DNA of 64,000 nucleotides, taken from NCBI GenBank assembly GCA_038746835.1, contig JBCDKH010000002.1, forward strand, positions 1,624 to 65,623, given 5' to 3'. A program made the translations under genes and the position numbers. Below are positions 1 through 9,882 of the stretch, one piece after another. This stretch comes from Planctomycetota bacterium (GTDB lineage Bacteria; Planctomycetota; Phycisphaerae; Tepidisphaerales; Tepidisphaeraceae). Each line of letters begins with the position of its first letter. The first letter of the stretch is position 1. Under the pieces are notes generated by a model, which saw only the letters and a list, made by a program, of their open reading frames with translations, was not told the origin of the DNA and did no database searches.

Positions 1-1536
1 ATCCGGGTTGGTCGGGTCCGGACTTGTCGGATCGCTCACTTGCGTCCGAAGCCCGCCGAACCGGACCATGTCGACCGCACCGTCGGCTTCCTGGTGTGCC
101 CAGCCGTAAACGGTCATGCCGAGTCGGCCTTCGTTCTGTAGTGCCTCGGTATCGTCGACGGCCATCACGGTGACGGTGTTCTGTGGGGCACCGACTTCCG
201 TCACCACGACGTTGAAGTGCGTTTCGCTGCCGACGGAGTAAACGTCGAAGCTGACGTCGTAGCTCTTGCCGGTGCTGTAGCCGGCGATTGCGCCGCTGCG
301 GTTGGCGATGAGGTGGTTCTCGCCATCGGCGTCGGTGCGGTACAGCTCGACTCGGCCGTCTCTGCTGCGGAACGAGATGAGGTACATCTCGCCGGTATCC
401 ATCTGGTAGCGGATCGCCGCGGCGGTCGTCATGCTTGAATCGTTCCCGGCCGCGACGCGGAACTGGCCGCTGACGTCGCGGACGAGGTCGCGACGCAACA
501 GCAGGCGACTGATGTGCTGGTTATCGCCCTCAGTGACTGCGTAGAGCTGCCCATCAACGACGCGGTACGCACCGCCGTTGACGTCGATCCAGCCGTCACC
601 GACGCCACCAAAGGGTGTGTCTTCGCGGTCGAACTTGTCATCGACGATGATCGCCGGGCCGTTGGGTGTTCTGGCGTCGGTGATCTCGAACGCGATGCGG
701 ATTGTCTGTCCGGCTCCACGATTCGACTTCGGTGTGAGGTCGAGCGTGTGCGCGCCGACTGCCTCGCCCAACGACCAGCCAGTCAGGCTCTGCAGGCCTC
801 GGTCGCCGAAGAGTGCGTAAGGCCGATAGCTTTCGGTGCGGACCAACTCGCCCTCGTTCAGGTCGAAGTCCACGGAGTCGGCCGACTGGGACTCGACGAC
901 GATCGCAACGGCACTGATGTCTCGGCCGCCCAGGTCGACCACCGAGCCGTCGGTGATCTCGGAGATCGTCTCGCCCGACTCGACGTCAATCAGAAGCACG
1001 CGATCGATGAAGACATCCGGCGTAGCTGGGTCAGGCGAGACGCCAACCGGAGGTCGATCGCTGACGACAAAGGTGACCTCGACGCCCTGGCCACGTCCGA
1101 ATTCGCCGCTGATCGGCACGACACGCAGCGTGTGCTGGCCGAATCCGTGGCTCCACGCGTTGTACGAGCTGAAGCCCTGATCGCCGAGCAGTGCGTACGG
1201 CTCGGAGTATTCGGTCCTTCGGAACTCGCCATTCAGGTCGAAGTGAATCTGCGAGGTCGCCCCATTGGCATCAGCGCGGATGGCGAAGCTGCCCTGCGGG
1301 AGATTGGACACGTTGATGTGTCCGCCATCGACGAGCTGGCCGATCTCGCGACCAGTGGTCGGGTCGACGACGACCAAGCCCTCGATGTTCGCCACCGAGG
1401 CCGAGAGCATTCTGCGGCTCTCGAGCGTGTCGAGTGAAAAGCTCACGTGCGACGTGTCCTGCTGCCGGGAGGCCGTCGGGCGCGGCGACGCCGCGGGTCG
1501 GTCTTTGGTTTGAGAGATGTTCTTGCTGGTGTGCAT
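1..1536 (-). CDS. Exported repeat-domain protein, C-terminal end cut by window edge
   Basis: The minus-strand frame is open from ATG 1536 (GGAGA 6-10 nt upstream) to base 1. It has no stop and so is missing from the ORF track. My translation begins MHTSKNISQTKDRP...SLDTLESRRMLSASV. It holds two similar ~110-aa modules (..FDLNGEFRRTEYSEPYALLGDQG.. / ..FDLNEGELVRTESYRPYALFGDRG..). Listed ORF 514..1437(+) is its antisense shadow. Confidence 0.8.
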   Translation of the reverse strand, partial: MHTSKNISQTKDRPAASPRPTASRQQDTSHVSFSLDTLESRRMLSASVANIEGLVVVDPTTGREIGQLVDGGHINVSNLPQGSFAIRADANGATSQIHFDLNGEFRRTEYSEPYALLGDQGFSSYNAWSHGFGQHTLRVVPISGEFGRGQGVEVTFVVSDRPPVGVSPDPATPDVFIDRVLLIDVESGETISEITDGSVVDLGGRDISAVAIVVESQSADSVDFDLNEGELVRTESYRPYALFGDRGLQSLTGWSLGEAVGAHTLDLTPKSNRGAGQTIRIAFEITDARTPNGPAIIVDDKFDREDTPFGGVGDGWIDVNGGAYRVVDGQLYAVTEGDNQHISRLLLRRDLVRDVSGQFRVAAGNDSSMTTAAAIRYQMDTGEMYLISFRSRDGRVELYRTDADGENHLIANRSGAIAGYSTGKSYDVSFDVYSVGSETHFNVVVTEVGAPQNTVTVMAVDDTEALQNEGRLGMTVYGWAHQEADGAVDMVRFGGLRTQVSDPTSPDPTNPD

Positions 1537-2032
1537 GGGGTCTCCGATTTCGGGACAGCGGTCCGTCTGATTCACAGAGATGGAAAGCGAGGCGACTTGG
1601 AGAAAGCAGGAAAGAACGAGTGTTATCGGAGCCACAGTGGTCCTCCCGACGCCGCGTGTGTTTGGGGCGATGCCCCGCCTTCGAGTCTGTTCGTTCCGCA
1701 AGCAGTCGTGCCGGGACGAGCTGATCTCGTCACGGCTGGGCCGCCACTGCGAGTTGCGCGAAGTTGACATCGCCGCAGTGGGTTCGGTTGGCACGGTCTT
1801 GGCGTGACCGCAGTGGGGTTGTTCGTCGAGTGGTTGCTGGACGAGGGGCTTCTGCGAACCGTGCGGGTCGCACGGGAGGAGCGGTGGTTGGGCCGCACAT
1901 TACTTCTGCATCGGCCTGGATACAGCGCCCTTTTATCGAAAAATACGAATAAGGCAGAAAAAGTAAAACCGTTGGCCGTCAACGATTTAACGCTTTCTGC
2001 TCACCTTTGCTGTCACAAGGTGTCACACGGGG

Positions 2033-2950
2033 TCATCGCAGCCATTTCTTCAGGCGACGCTTCACCTTGTGGTGCAGTGAACGGGCGCGATAAGATGCTG
2101 GCTGCGGTGCATCCCGGTCGGCCAATCGCATCGTTTCGATGCACAGAACTGCTTTTCCGCTCAAGCGGGCAATCTCGCTCGCCTGGGCCGGCTCACTCTC
2201 CAAAAACAGGAGTGAATCCGTCTCCATGTACGTCTTGGCTTTGAAGGTCGCGTGTCCGATTCGGAATCGCTCCGCCGGCGTAGCGGCGGGCATCATGCGC
2301 AGTTCTCGATAGGCCACGCCGTGATCGCGGAGCCACTGCTCGGTCGGTTCGCGGTACTTCTCCAGGCGGCTTGTAACGAGCCACCCGATTTCGAGCGAAG
2401 GCAGTCGCAGCGGTGCCGCCGTCCGCAAAAAATTGAGGTATCGCTCGCCGTCGTCGTTTTGCTCGCGCGTCGGATCGACGCACAGCACGCCGTCGATGTC
2501 GACGCACGCCCTGCCGAGGTACTCGTGGTGCATCACGTTCCACTCGAACACCCTCGGTGGGCCGACTTCGGCGACCGAGTAATCGACCAAGTCGTGGTGA
2601 CCGGGCGTCACGTAGACCGCCAGGTACTCGACGACGTACGGCAGATTCGCATCGTCGATGCGTTGTCGGACGCGTTTGATCGACTCGCCGACGCTGACGC
2701 TGTCTTCGACGATGAGGACCTTTTTAATCGTCTGATCTGAACGACTGACCGCACGTCTGCCGCTGCTGATGAGCCGATCTTCGAAGAGTCCCTCAAGATC
2801 GGTCAGGCGTCGATTCAGCAGCAGAGCCAGAATGCTGGCCGCGAGCATGCCGCTGCGGGGCACGCCGACCACGACGTCAATGTCCGTCGGCAGCTTGCCA
2901 ACGAACCCCGACAGGTCACGTGTCATGTCGGCGATGCTGCGGTAGTTCAT
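2033..2950 (-). CDS. Two-domain protein: N-terminal type-I phosphoribosyltransferase-like domain fused to a C-terminal HAD-like phosphatase domain
   Basis: 305-aa ORF. PRPP-loop-like [13 protein letters not shown] follows GVPRSGM. HAD motif I (DIDGVLC) lies in the second half. Its ATG overlaps the upstream gene's stop (ATGA at 2947-2950). Confidence 0.75.
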   Translation of the reverse strand: MNYRSIADMTRDLSGFVGKLPTDIDVVVGVPRSGMLAASILALLLNRRLTDLEGLFEDRLISSGRRAVSRSDQTIKKVLIVEDSVSVGESIKRVRQRIDDANLPYVVEYLAVYVTPGHHDLVDYSVAEVGPPRVFEWNVMHHEYLGRACVDIDGVLCVDPTREQNDDGERYLNFLRTAAPLRLPSLEIGWLVTSRLEKYREPTEQWLRDHGVAYRELRMMPAATPAERFRIGHATFKAKTYMETDSLLFLESEPAQASEIARLSGKAVLCIETMRLADRDAPQPASYRARSLHHKVKRRLKKWLR

Positions 2951-3651
2951 GCCTGATGGTCCAAAGACGCCGCTGATGCTGCATCGGACAGTTCGATCAG
3001 CTGCGTGACGTCAAGCATCTTGTCGAGGTGTCGCCGGAGCCACTCATCGTCCTGGTCCCACCAAGCCAGGTGTTGAAGCCGTTCGACGGTGCTGTCGTCG
3101 AAACGCTGGCGTATCACTTTCGCCGGTACACCGCCCACGATGGCGTACGGCCCGACATCTCGAACGACGACTGCCCCCGCGCCGATGACGGCCCCGTTGC
3201 CGACGGTGACGCCGTCTTTGATGACAGCGTTTGCGCCGACCCAAACGTCGTGCCCGATGGTCGTCTCGTTGTATTCGGTGTGCAGCTCGCGATTGGTGAG
3301 GTCGTATCCGAACTCAGGAGCATCTCTGAAAAACCTCGGATGCGTGCTGGCGGCCTTTCCGAGCGGATGAGAGGCTAATCCGATTGTAACGTTTGGCGCG
3401 ATTGAACAGTATTTGCCAATTCGAGTTCCCGTAATGCGACAGCCGGCCTCGACGTAGCTGTAGTCGCCCATCGTCACATGTCGGAGCAACACGTCTCTTC
3501 CGACCCGGCAGGCCCTGCCGAAGCGGGCGTTCTGAATGATCCCGCGAACGTCGTACGGCACGTGGGCAAGGCCGTGTCGCTTCATCAGCGAGCGGCGGAG
3601 CAGCCATGAGCGAAGCGCGGACGGAAGCAGGCTACGGGTTCGAGGGTTCAT
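2947..3651 (-). CDS. Hexapeptide-repeat (left-handed beta-helix) acetyltransferase, Vat/CatB-like; probable polysaccharide O-acetyltransferase
   Basis: 234-aa ORF with consecutive hexapeptide repeats ([14 protein letters not shown]; [31 protein letters not shown]) and a ..[12 protein letters not shown] tail. Confidence 0.85.
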   Translation of the reverse strand: MNPRTRSLLPSALRSWLLRRSLMKRHGLAHVPYDVRGIIQNARFGRACRVGRDVLLRHVTMGDYSYVEAGCRITGTRIGKYCSIAPNVTIGLASHPLGKAASTHPRFFRDAPEFGYDLTNRELHTEYNETTIGHDVWVGANAVIKDGVTVGNGAVIGAGAVVVRDVGPYAIVGGVPAKVIRQRFDDSTVERLQHLAWWDQDDEWLRRHLDKMLDVTQLIELSDAASAASLDHQA

Positions 3652-5314
3652 CGCTCGCTTCCGTTGTTGAGGGAACTGGTTTCCGCTTCGACTTCTTCGC
3701 TTCCTTCACGGTCGCGAGGCTGGCCAGCAGATCGCGGCGGATCGGGCGAACGAGCCAGGCGACCGCACCGGCGGCGAACGTCGCGGCACCGGCGGCAACG
3801 ACCGACGCAATCGTGTTGTCGCCGATGTCCGACAAGCCGCCGCGGAAGCTCGCACCGATGAGCAGCGCGACGGCACCAATCAGGCTCGGACCCAAAAGGC
3901 ATCGGAGCACGCTGCCGACAGCGACCGGTGAGCCACGCAGGCAGTAGATAAAGGTGGGAACGATCAGCACGTTGACCGCGATGGCGTACGCGGTGGCCAC
4001 ACCGATCGTGCCGTATTGCACGCCAGTCAGAAAGGCAGCGATGATGCACGGCACGTTGACGAAGGACCATCGAAGCATCCGTCCCGTCTGGCCGACTGCG
4101 GTGCAGACCCAGCCGACCGTGCTGAGCACTGGCTGGAACACGGCGGCAATTGCGAGCACCAGGAAGATGTCGGCCGCTTCGAGCCAGTCTGGGCCGAGCA
4201 CGAGCCGGACGATCTCGTGGCTGAAGCAGGCCAGCATCGCCGTCATCGGAACCGTGACATAGGCGATCGCGGTGATCGCCCGCAGGTAGTAGCGCCGGAA
4301 CGTCTCGGGATCGTCCTGGAGCCGCGACAGCGCCGGAATCATCGCGGCGGCCAGCGGTGCGTTGATCTGCTTGAGCGGCAGCATCAGCAGGCCGTATGCC
4401 TTGGAATAGAGGCCTAGCGACCCTGCCCCGAGACTGGTTCCGATGATGAGGTTGTCCGCGTTGCGGCCGGCGTAGTTGACGAAGCTGAAGCCGACCAGAT
4501 TTCCGCCAAAGCCGAGCATCTCGCGAACCTCGCCCAGCCCGCCCGGCCGCCCGGGGATCCAGCCGCTCTCGATGAAGCTCAGCACAAAGGTCGCCGCCCC
4601 ACCTGCAGCGAGCATCAGCACCAGTGCCCACGGTCCCAGCCCGAACCATCCAGCCACGATGCCGACGGCCAAGCTGATCGTCAGGCTCAGGATCTCGACG
4701 CGGGCGAGTCGGCCGTACTCCATGCTCCGTCGCAGCAGAGCGCGGTGCTGCACGCAGAGTCCGCCGAAGATCAGCGTGGCCGCGAGTGCGAGCGTGATGA
4801 GCGTGAGCCGCGGCTCGCCGTACCACCACGCCACGACCGGAGCCAGCCCGGCCACCACGCCTGCGACAACGATGGACAGGCCGACGTTGATCCAAAAGAG
4901 CGTGGAGACCTGCCGGTGATTGATCTCCTTGCGCTGGACCGTCGCCATGGACAGGCCGGCGTCTTTGAAGAGCTCGACGAAGCCGGTGACGACCGTCACC
5001 ATCGCGATCAGCCCGAAGTCTGCGGGCGTGAGCAGTCGAGCCAGGACGGCAGTCGAGCCGGTCTTGAGAACGAATCGAGCGATCTGCGAAAGAAACGTGA
5101 TCAGCCCGCCGCGGACGGTCCGATTCTTCAGGTCGCCTTGGAGGGCTTCGTTCGAGAACGGATTGCTCCGTCGCGCCTTGGCAGGCGCGGTTATGTCGCT
5201 CGTGAGGGTGGTAGCGGGTGCAGTCACGGATGTCGGCCCGCCCGCGTGCGGCCGGCGGGATTCTGTTACGTGATGATGAGCGATGCAAGCTCTTCCGAGC
5301 AAAGCCGATCTCAA
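3632..5314 (-). CDS. wzx: Polysaccharide flippase, Wzx/PST family (MOP superfamily)
   Basis: 560-aa ORF with many hydrophobic segments. The N-terminal ..[38 protein letters not shown].. is typical of PST flippases. The TTG start at 5314 is uncertain (GTG 5227 is possible). The 564-aa ORF 3648..5342 is an Arg-rich alternative frame. Confidence 0.8.
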   Translation of the reverse strand: MRSALLGRACIAHHHVTESRRPHAGGPTSVTAPATTLTSDITAPAKARRSNPFSNEALQGDLKNRTVRGGLITFLSQIARFVLKTGSTAVLARLLTPADFGLIAMVTVVTGFVELFKDAGLSMATVQRKEINHRQVSTLFWINVGLSIVVAGVVAGLAPVVAWWYGEPRLTLITLALAATLIFGGLCVQHRALLRRSMEYGRLARVEILSLTISLAVGIVAGWFGLGPWALVLMLAAGGAATFVLSFIESGWIPGRPGGLGEVREMLGFGGNLVGFSFVNYAGRNADNLIIGTSLGAGSLGLYSKAYGLLMLPLKQINAPLAAAMIPALSRLQDDPETFRRYYLRAITAIAYVTVPMTAMLACFSHEIVRLVLGPDWLEAADIFLVLAIAAVFQPVLSTVGWVCTAVGQTGRMLRWSFVNVPCIIAAFLTGVQYGTIGVATAYAIAVNVLIVPTFIYCLRGSPVAVGSVLRCLLGPSLIGAVALLIGASFRGGLSDIGDNTIASVVAAGAATFAAGAVAWLVRPIRRDLLASLATVKEAKKSKRKPVPSTTEASDEPSNP

Positions 5315-5478
5315 GAAACGTCGGCCGTTGGACGTTGTTCAACCTCGGCGAGGCTCAAGCAAATTCTCTTGCTTCGCAAATGCCTTGGAAGTAGGTTCTT
5401 ACCGCCGCACCGCAGGCATTTGGCTGGCTGCCAGTGTGCCTCGACGGGACCAATGCATGCAGGTTTGGAGAAAAACTG

Positions 5479-6558
5479 ATGTTGCCCGCAAATCGTAAGA
5501 CTTCCGTTCTGAACCGCTTCGTCGGACTCGGCCTCTGTGCGGGGCTGGGTTCGTTCGTCGGACTCCTCGGCCCGGCGACATCGTCGTCGGCCGCTGAGAT
5601 CGTGATCAACACGACCGGTGACTCGATCACCGAGGGCTTCGCGCCTGGCAGCATCGACGAGGTTGCCTGGCGATTCCCGCTGTACGAGAAGCTCAACGGC
5701 AACCCGAGCAGCGACGACACGTTCCGCTTCGTCGGCGGACTTGAAGAAGGCATGGTCGGCAGCGCGCCAGCCGACAAGGCGTTCCACAACGGCCTGAGCA
5801 GTCGGCGATTCGTCAACACGAACCAGGGCGCGGCCTCGCTGAACGACTCGGTCGAGGATTCGTTCCGAAACCCGGACCTGAGCCCTCAGACGCCCGACCT
5901 GATCCTAATGCTGATTGGCGTGAACGATCTCATCGCCAAGACCAACAGCGCCGGACTCACCCAGGCTCAGGGTGACTTCGAGACGGCGTTGGACAGCTAC
6001 CTCGACAAGATCTCGGCCGACAGCCCGTCGACGCAGATCATGATCGGCACCATTCTGCCGCTCAGCGCCAACGGCACGGGCATCAGCGGCGGCAACCGCG
6101 GCAACAACGATTTCAACTCCGGCGACTGGGACAACGACGGCGACGTCGATTCGCTGTCGGAACGAATCCACGAGTGGAATCAATGGCTCATGACCGGCGA
6201 CATCATCACGCGGCTCAATGCCGCCCGTGGTGACACACTGGCGTCGAGCGCGATCACGATCTTCGATCTTGCCGGCGAAGTGCTGGCCGACCCGCGGGTG
6301 CCGTCGGTCAGCGTGCCGGGCGAGGATTACCGATTGCTGCAGGATCCCGTGACGACGGCAAACACGGATGCGTACAACGACGCGACCCCGACCAACTGGG
6401 ACGGCCTGCACCCGAACGCTGCGCTCTACAACGTCGTCGCGGACAAGTGGCAGGCTCAGGTGCTCGCCTCGAACGTGATCCCCGAGCCGGCGGCAGCAAC
6501 GATCGGCCTGGTCGGTGCCGGCTTGCTCGGGCTGCGTCGCCGTCAACGGTCCTGCTGA
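5479..6558 (+). CDS. Secreted SGNH/GDSL-family esterase with C-terminal PEP-CTERM sorting signal
   Basis: Within ORF 5434..6558; ATG 5479 is preceded by GGAG. The N-terminus is signal-like (GLGLCAGLGSFVGLLGPATSSSAAE). SGNH blocks GDSITEG, GVNDL and DGLHPN are present. The extreme C-terminus VIPEPAAATIGLVGAGLLGLRRRQRSC is a PEP motif, a TM helix and an Arg cluster. Confidence 0.85.
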   Translation: MLPANRKTSVLNRFVGLGLCAGLGSFVGLLGPATSSSAAEIVINTTGDSITEGFAPGSIDEVAWRFPLYEKLNGNPSSDDTFRFVGGLEEGMVGSAPADKAFHNGLSSRRFVNTNQGAASLNDSVEDSFRNPDLSPQTPDLILMLIGVNDLIAKTNSAGLTQAQGDFETALDSYLDKISADSPSTQIMIGTILPLSANGTGISGGNRGNNDFNSGDWDNDGDVDSLSERIHEWNQWLMTGDIITRLNAARGDTLASSAITIFDLAGEVLADPRVPSVSVPGEDYRLLQDPVTTANTDAYNDATPTNWDGLHPNAALYNVVADKWQAQVLASNVIPEPAAATIGLVGAGLLGLRRRQRSC

Positions 6559-6622
6559 GCTCCGGCGGCCGGCGCTGGCGGTGGAGCGTGCGACCAAGGT
6601 CCCGTCGAATCCATCGGAACCC

Positions 6623-7858
6623 GTGACCCGCCGCGTCTTCTTCAACTTCCCGTTCCGGCTCGGTCTGAACGGCATCGGCAACACCGGCTGGCAGCAGGCC
6701 AACGCACTCGTCGAGCTCGGCCACGACGTCGTCATCGCGACGCCAAGCTGTGAGCGTCGCGTCCCCGGCGCTCAGACGGTCGAGACGCTCACCATCGCCG
6801 GCATGCGCGTGCCGCTGGGACGATTCGGCGTCGAGCGGATGCTGCGAGCACACGGTGCCCGAGCCGCGTCGGTGTTTCGCAAGCTTCACGGCGACGCTCT
6901 CTTCGACGTGGTCCACTGCTGGCCTCGCGGGTCGATGAAGCTCATCGATGCGGCCAGAGATGCTGGCGTACCGACGTTCTACGAACGCCCCAACACGCAT
7001 GTCGTCCACGGCTTCGAGGTCGTTCACCGTGAGAACGTCCGACTCGGCCTCGCGGACGGACCGCCGCCGGCAACGGATGATCGTCAACGCCGTGAAGTCG
7101 CCGAGTACGACGCGAGCGACTTCCTGCTGTGTCCTTCCGAGGCCGTCGCGGACTCGTTTCGCGACCGCGGCTACGCCGATGACCGGCTGATTCGCACGCG
7201 CTACGGCTGCGATCTGGAGACGTTCTTGGTCGATCCCGACCAGATGAAAGAACGCCCCGAGAGGCCGCTGACGATGCTGTTTGCTGGCAAGGCCGATGCG
7301 AGAAAGGGTCTTCACTTCGCCCTCGACGCGTGGCATCGCACCGCCGACGCCCGGCACGGCACCGGCACGTTCCGCGTCGCTGGCGCGATTGATGACGAGT
7401 ACGCGGCGAAGCTTGGTCCCGCCCTTTCCCATGACGGCGTGGAGTGCATCGGGTTCACGAATGACGTCGCTTCAGAGATGCGGCGGGCCGACGTCTTCGT
7501 GCTGCCATCGATCGAGGAAGGCAGTGCGTTGGTCACGTACGAAGCACGAGCCAGCGGATGTGTTGTCGTCGCCTCGACCGCGGCCGGAGCTCCCGTCGAG
7601 CACGATGTCGACGGGCTTCTGCACGAGCCGGGCGATGTCGACACGTTGGCGGATCAGATCGCGGCGCTGTCGACGGACGGTGATTTGCTCCGCCGTCTCC
7701 GGTGTCGCAGTATGGAGCGGGCCAGTGACCTGAGCTGGCTAGCCGCCGGGAGGTCGCTGGCAGCGGGCTATGAAGACGGTCTTCGCCGTCGGATGCCTGG
7801 CATTGCTGAGCCTGAGACCACCCCGGCCGGCGAACCGTTGCCGAGCCTCGCCACCTGA
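6623..7858 (+). CDS. GT4-family (GT-B) glycosyltransferase
   Basis: Within ORF 6515..7858. EX7E-type signature ..FVLPSIEEGSALVTYEARASGCVVVAS... The start is uncertain: GTG 6623 was chosen to avoid overlap with the upstream gene, but 6515 or 6581 are possible. Confidence 0.8.
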   Translation: MTRRVFFNFPFRLGLNGIGNTGWQQANALVELGHDVVIATPSCERRVPGAQTVETLTIAGMRVPLGRFGVERMLRAHGARAASVFRKLHGDALFDVVHCWPRGSMKLIDAARDAGVPTFYERPNTHVVHGFEVVHRENVRLGLADGPPPATDDRQRREVAEYDASDFLLCPSEAVADSFRDRGYADDRLIRTRYGCDLETFLVDPDQMKERPERPLTMLFAGKADARKGLHFALDAWHRTADARHGTGTFRVAGAIDDEYAAKLGPALSHDGVECIGFTNDVASEMRRADVFVLPSIEEGSALVTYEARASGCVVVASTAAGAPVEHDVDGLLHEPGDVDTLADQIAALSTDGDLLRRLRCRSMERASDLSWLAAGRSLAAGYEDGLRRRMPGIAEPETTPAGEPLPSLAT

Positions 7859-7866
7859 GAGATCCT

Positions 7867-8754
7867 TTGCCTGTCTCGATCGTCATCCCCGCACACAACG
7901 AGGCATCGGTGCTGCCGCGGTGTCTGGACGCGCTGCGGCAAGACTCGTCCAGCGACGATCTTCAAATCGTCGTCGTTGCCAATGGGTGCACCGATGACAC
8001 CGCCGAGGTGGCTCGTCGAGCGGGAGCCGAGGCCATCGAGACGGACGTGCCGTCCAAGAGCAACGCCCTCAACCTCGGCGATGCCGCGTGCTCCCACTTC
8101 CCACGGCTCTACCTGGACGCCGACTGCGTGATCTTCGGTGCCGATGTGCTTCGTCTGGCCGAAGAGCTCGAGACTTCAGGCCGTTTGGTTGCCAGTCCAT
8201 CGATGGACGTCGACCTGAGGGGTCGATCATGGTCGGTCTATGCGTTTTATGACGTCTGGACGAGCGCTTCCTACGTTCGCACCAACCTCGTCGGTTCTGG
8301 GGCGTACATGCTCAGCGAGGCCGGCCGACAACGGTTCGAGTCGTTCCCGGACCTCACTGCCGATGACGCGTTCATCCGGCGAAGCTTCAAGCTCGACGAG
8401 CGTTGGTTGTCGGCGTCGACGAGTTACCGCATCACGCCGCCGAAGGATCTTGAGAGCCTGATCCGCATCAAGACGCGGGCACACTTCGGGAATCTGGAAC
8501 TATCGCGCCTGATGCCGGAGCTTCAGACCAACGAAGTGGCCGGCGAGCAACGTCAGTGGACGAGCCTCCTCAAACAGGCGTTGCGCCCTTGGCGCATTCC
8601 GAAGCTGGCCGTCTATGCGTACGTGATGATGCGTGCGAAGCGCGAGGCCCGGCGTCGCAACCTGGCCGGCAAGGCCGTGGCTTGGGAGCGAGACGACTCG
8701 TCTCGGCAGCCTCCGGCAAAACCGTCTTCGTCCTCTCATGTCGCCCCTGTTTGA
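7867..8754 (+). CDS. GT2-family glycosyltransferase
   Basis: 295-aa ORF with TTG start. Motifs VSIVIPAHNEASVLPRCLDAL, VVANGCTDDT and the DxD-like YLDADCV. Confidence 0.85.
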   Translation: MPVSIVIPAHNEASVLPRCLDALRQDSSSDDLQIVVVANGCTDDTAEVARRAGAEAIETDVPSKSNALNLGDAACSHFPRLYLDADCVIFGADVLRLAEELETSGRLVASPSMDVDLRGRSWSVYAFYDVWTSASYVRTNLVGSGAYMLSEAGRQRFESFPDLTADDAFIRRSFKLDERWLSASTSYRITPPKDLESLIRIKTRAHFGNLELSRLMPELQTNEVAGEQRQWTSLLKQALRPWRIPKLAVYAYVMMRAKREARRRNLAGKAVAWERDDSSRQPPAKPSSSSHVAPV

Positions 8755-9739
8755 TCCCATGTCAGACGCAGCGTCGAGCTCGTCGGGTGTCGACGTGAGC
8801 ATCCTGATCGTCTCGTACAACACGCGTGCGATGACGCTGCGTTGTCTCGAGACGCTCTACGAGAGTCTCGAACGGGACGACGCACTGACGGCCGAGGTGT
8901 TGGTGGCCGACAACGGTTCGTCGGACGGTTCGCTCGAGGCGATCGAGGAGCGGTTTCCTCAAGCCCGGATCGTGAGCCGAGACGACAACCTGGGTTTTGC
9001 CAAGGCCAACAACGTGCTCGCTCGCGAGGCCCGCGGCGAGTGGATTCTCCTACTCAATCCGGACACCGAAGTCCTGGGAACCGCCGTCCAGACGATCGTC
9101 GCTTTCGGCGAGTCCAAGCGAGCGGATGGTCAGTCGTTCGTCGTTGGTGGACGCACGCTGTTCGCCGATGGCTCGCTCAACCGCAACTCATGCCACGGCC
9201 GGCCGACGCCTTGGAGTCTGTTCTGCCAGGGGACGGGCCTCTCGTCGATGTTCCGAACCAGCGCACTGTTCAACCCCGAGGGGCTCGGTTCGTGGAAGCG
9301 TGATTCGGTACGCGAGGTCGATGCGATCACAGGATGTCTGCTCCTCATCGAGCGACGCTTATGGGAAAAACTTGGCGGCTTCGATGAGCGCTTCGTGATG
9401 TATGGAGAAGACACCGACTTGTGCCTGCGCGCTTCTTCAGCAGGAGTGCCGTCGATTGTCTGTCCGGACAGCGAAATCATCCACCACGGCGGCGCGTCGG
9501 AAGCGGTCAGGTCTGACAAAATGATCCGGCTGTTCCGCGCCAAAGCGCAGTTAATCAAGAAGCACTGGTCGCCTGCGTCGGCGTTCTTCGGAACACGCGC
9601 GCTGATCGCTTGGGCCATGACGCGCATGGTGGCACACGCGGTTCTCGTGCCCATCCGAAAGGCATCTGCTCCGGCCTATGCGACCTGGAGGGAAATTGTC
9701 GTTCGCCGGTCAGAATTTCAGCTGAAAACGCGACATTGA
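8738..9739 (+). CDS. GT2-family glycosyltransferase (rhamnosyltransferase-like)
   Basis: Within ORF 8633..9739; in-frame ATG 8738 chosen (17-nt overlap with the previous gene). Motifs VSILIVSYNTRAMTLRCLETL, ADNGSSDGS, NLGFAKANN and LLLNPDTEV. Confidence 0.85.
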   Translation: MSPLFDPMSDAASSSSGVDVSILIVSYNTRAMTLRCLETLYESLERDDALTAEVLVADNGSSDGSLEAIEERFPQARIVSRDDNLGFAKANNVLAREARGEWILLLNPDTEVLGTAVQTIVAFGESKRADGQSFVVGGRTLFADGSLNRNSCHGRPTPWSLFCQGTGLSSMFRTSALFNPEGLGSWKRDSVREVDAITGCLLLIERRLWEKLGGFDERFVMYGEDTDLCLRASSAGVPSIVCPDSEIIHHGGASEAVRSDKMIRLFRAKAQLIKKHWSPASAFFGTRALIAWAMTRMVAHAVLVPIRKASAPAYATWREIVVRRSEFQLKTRH

Positions 9740-9765
9740 GCCGGTGAAGTGACAAAATGCGTTGC

Positions 9766-9790
9766 GTCAGGGGGAGCCTGACACTATTTT
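9766..9790 (+). terminator. Weak candidate intrinsic terminator inside the EPS operon
   Basis: GTCAGG-GGGAG-CCTGAC hairpin followed by ACTATTTT, in the only sizeable (143-bp) gap of the plus-strand gene string. The stem is only 6 bp. Confidence 0.3.
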
Positions 9791-9882
9791 GCAGCTGCTG
9801 CTCCGTGGATGAGGAGTGTCCGGAGCGGCGGGGCTAGCTCGGTTGTGTGCGGTGGAGCGATCACCTTTGAAGGGGATTTGGT

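Noticed and set aside
514-1437. Long ORFs on the strand opposite to, or in alternative frames of, real genes. Examples are 514..1437(+), 3648..5342(-), 9954..11162(-), 21289..22314(+), 40896..42011(+), 43869..45290(+), 48568..50595(-), 50929..52158(+), 54444..55391(+) and 62174..63019(+).
   Set aside because: High-GC genomes generate long stop-free shadow frames. These products are Arg/Ala/Pro/Gly-rich with no motifs. Each fully overlaps a gene with clear family signatures.
5356-5445. Small inverted repeat AAGCAA-N6-TTGCTT and a TGGC-rich stretch in the divergent EPS promoter region, considered as sigma-54 or regulator sites.
   Set aside because: There is no TGGCAC-N5-TTGC match, and a 6-bp inverted repeat is expected by chance. 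I cannot support a call without a motif search across the genome.
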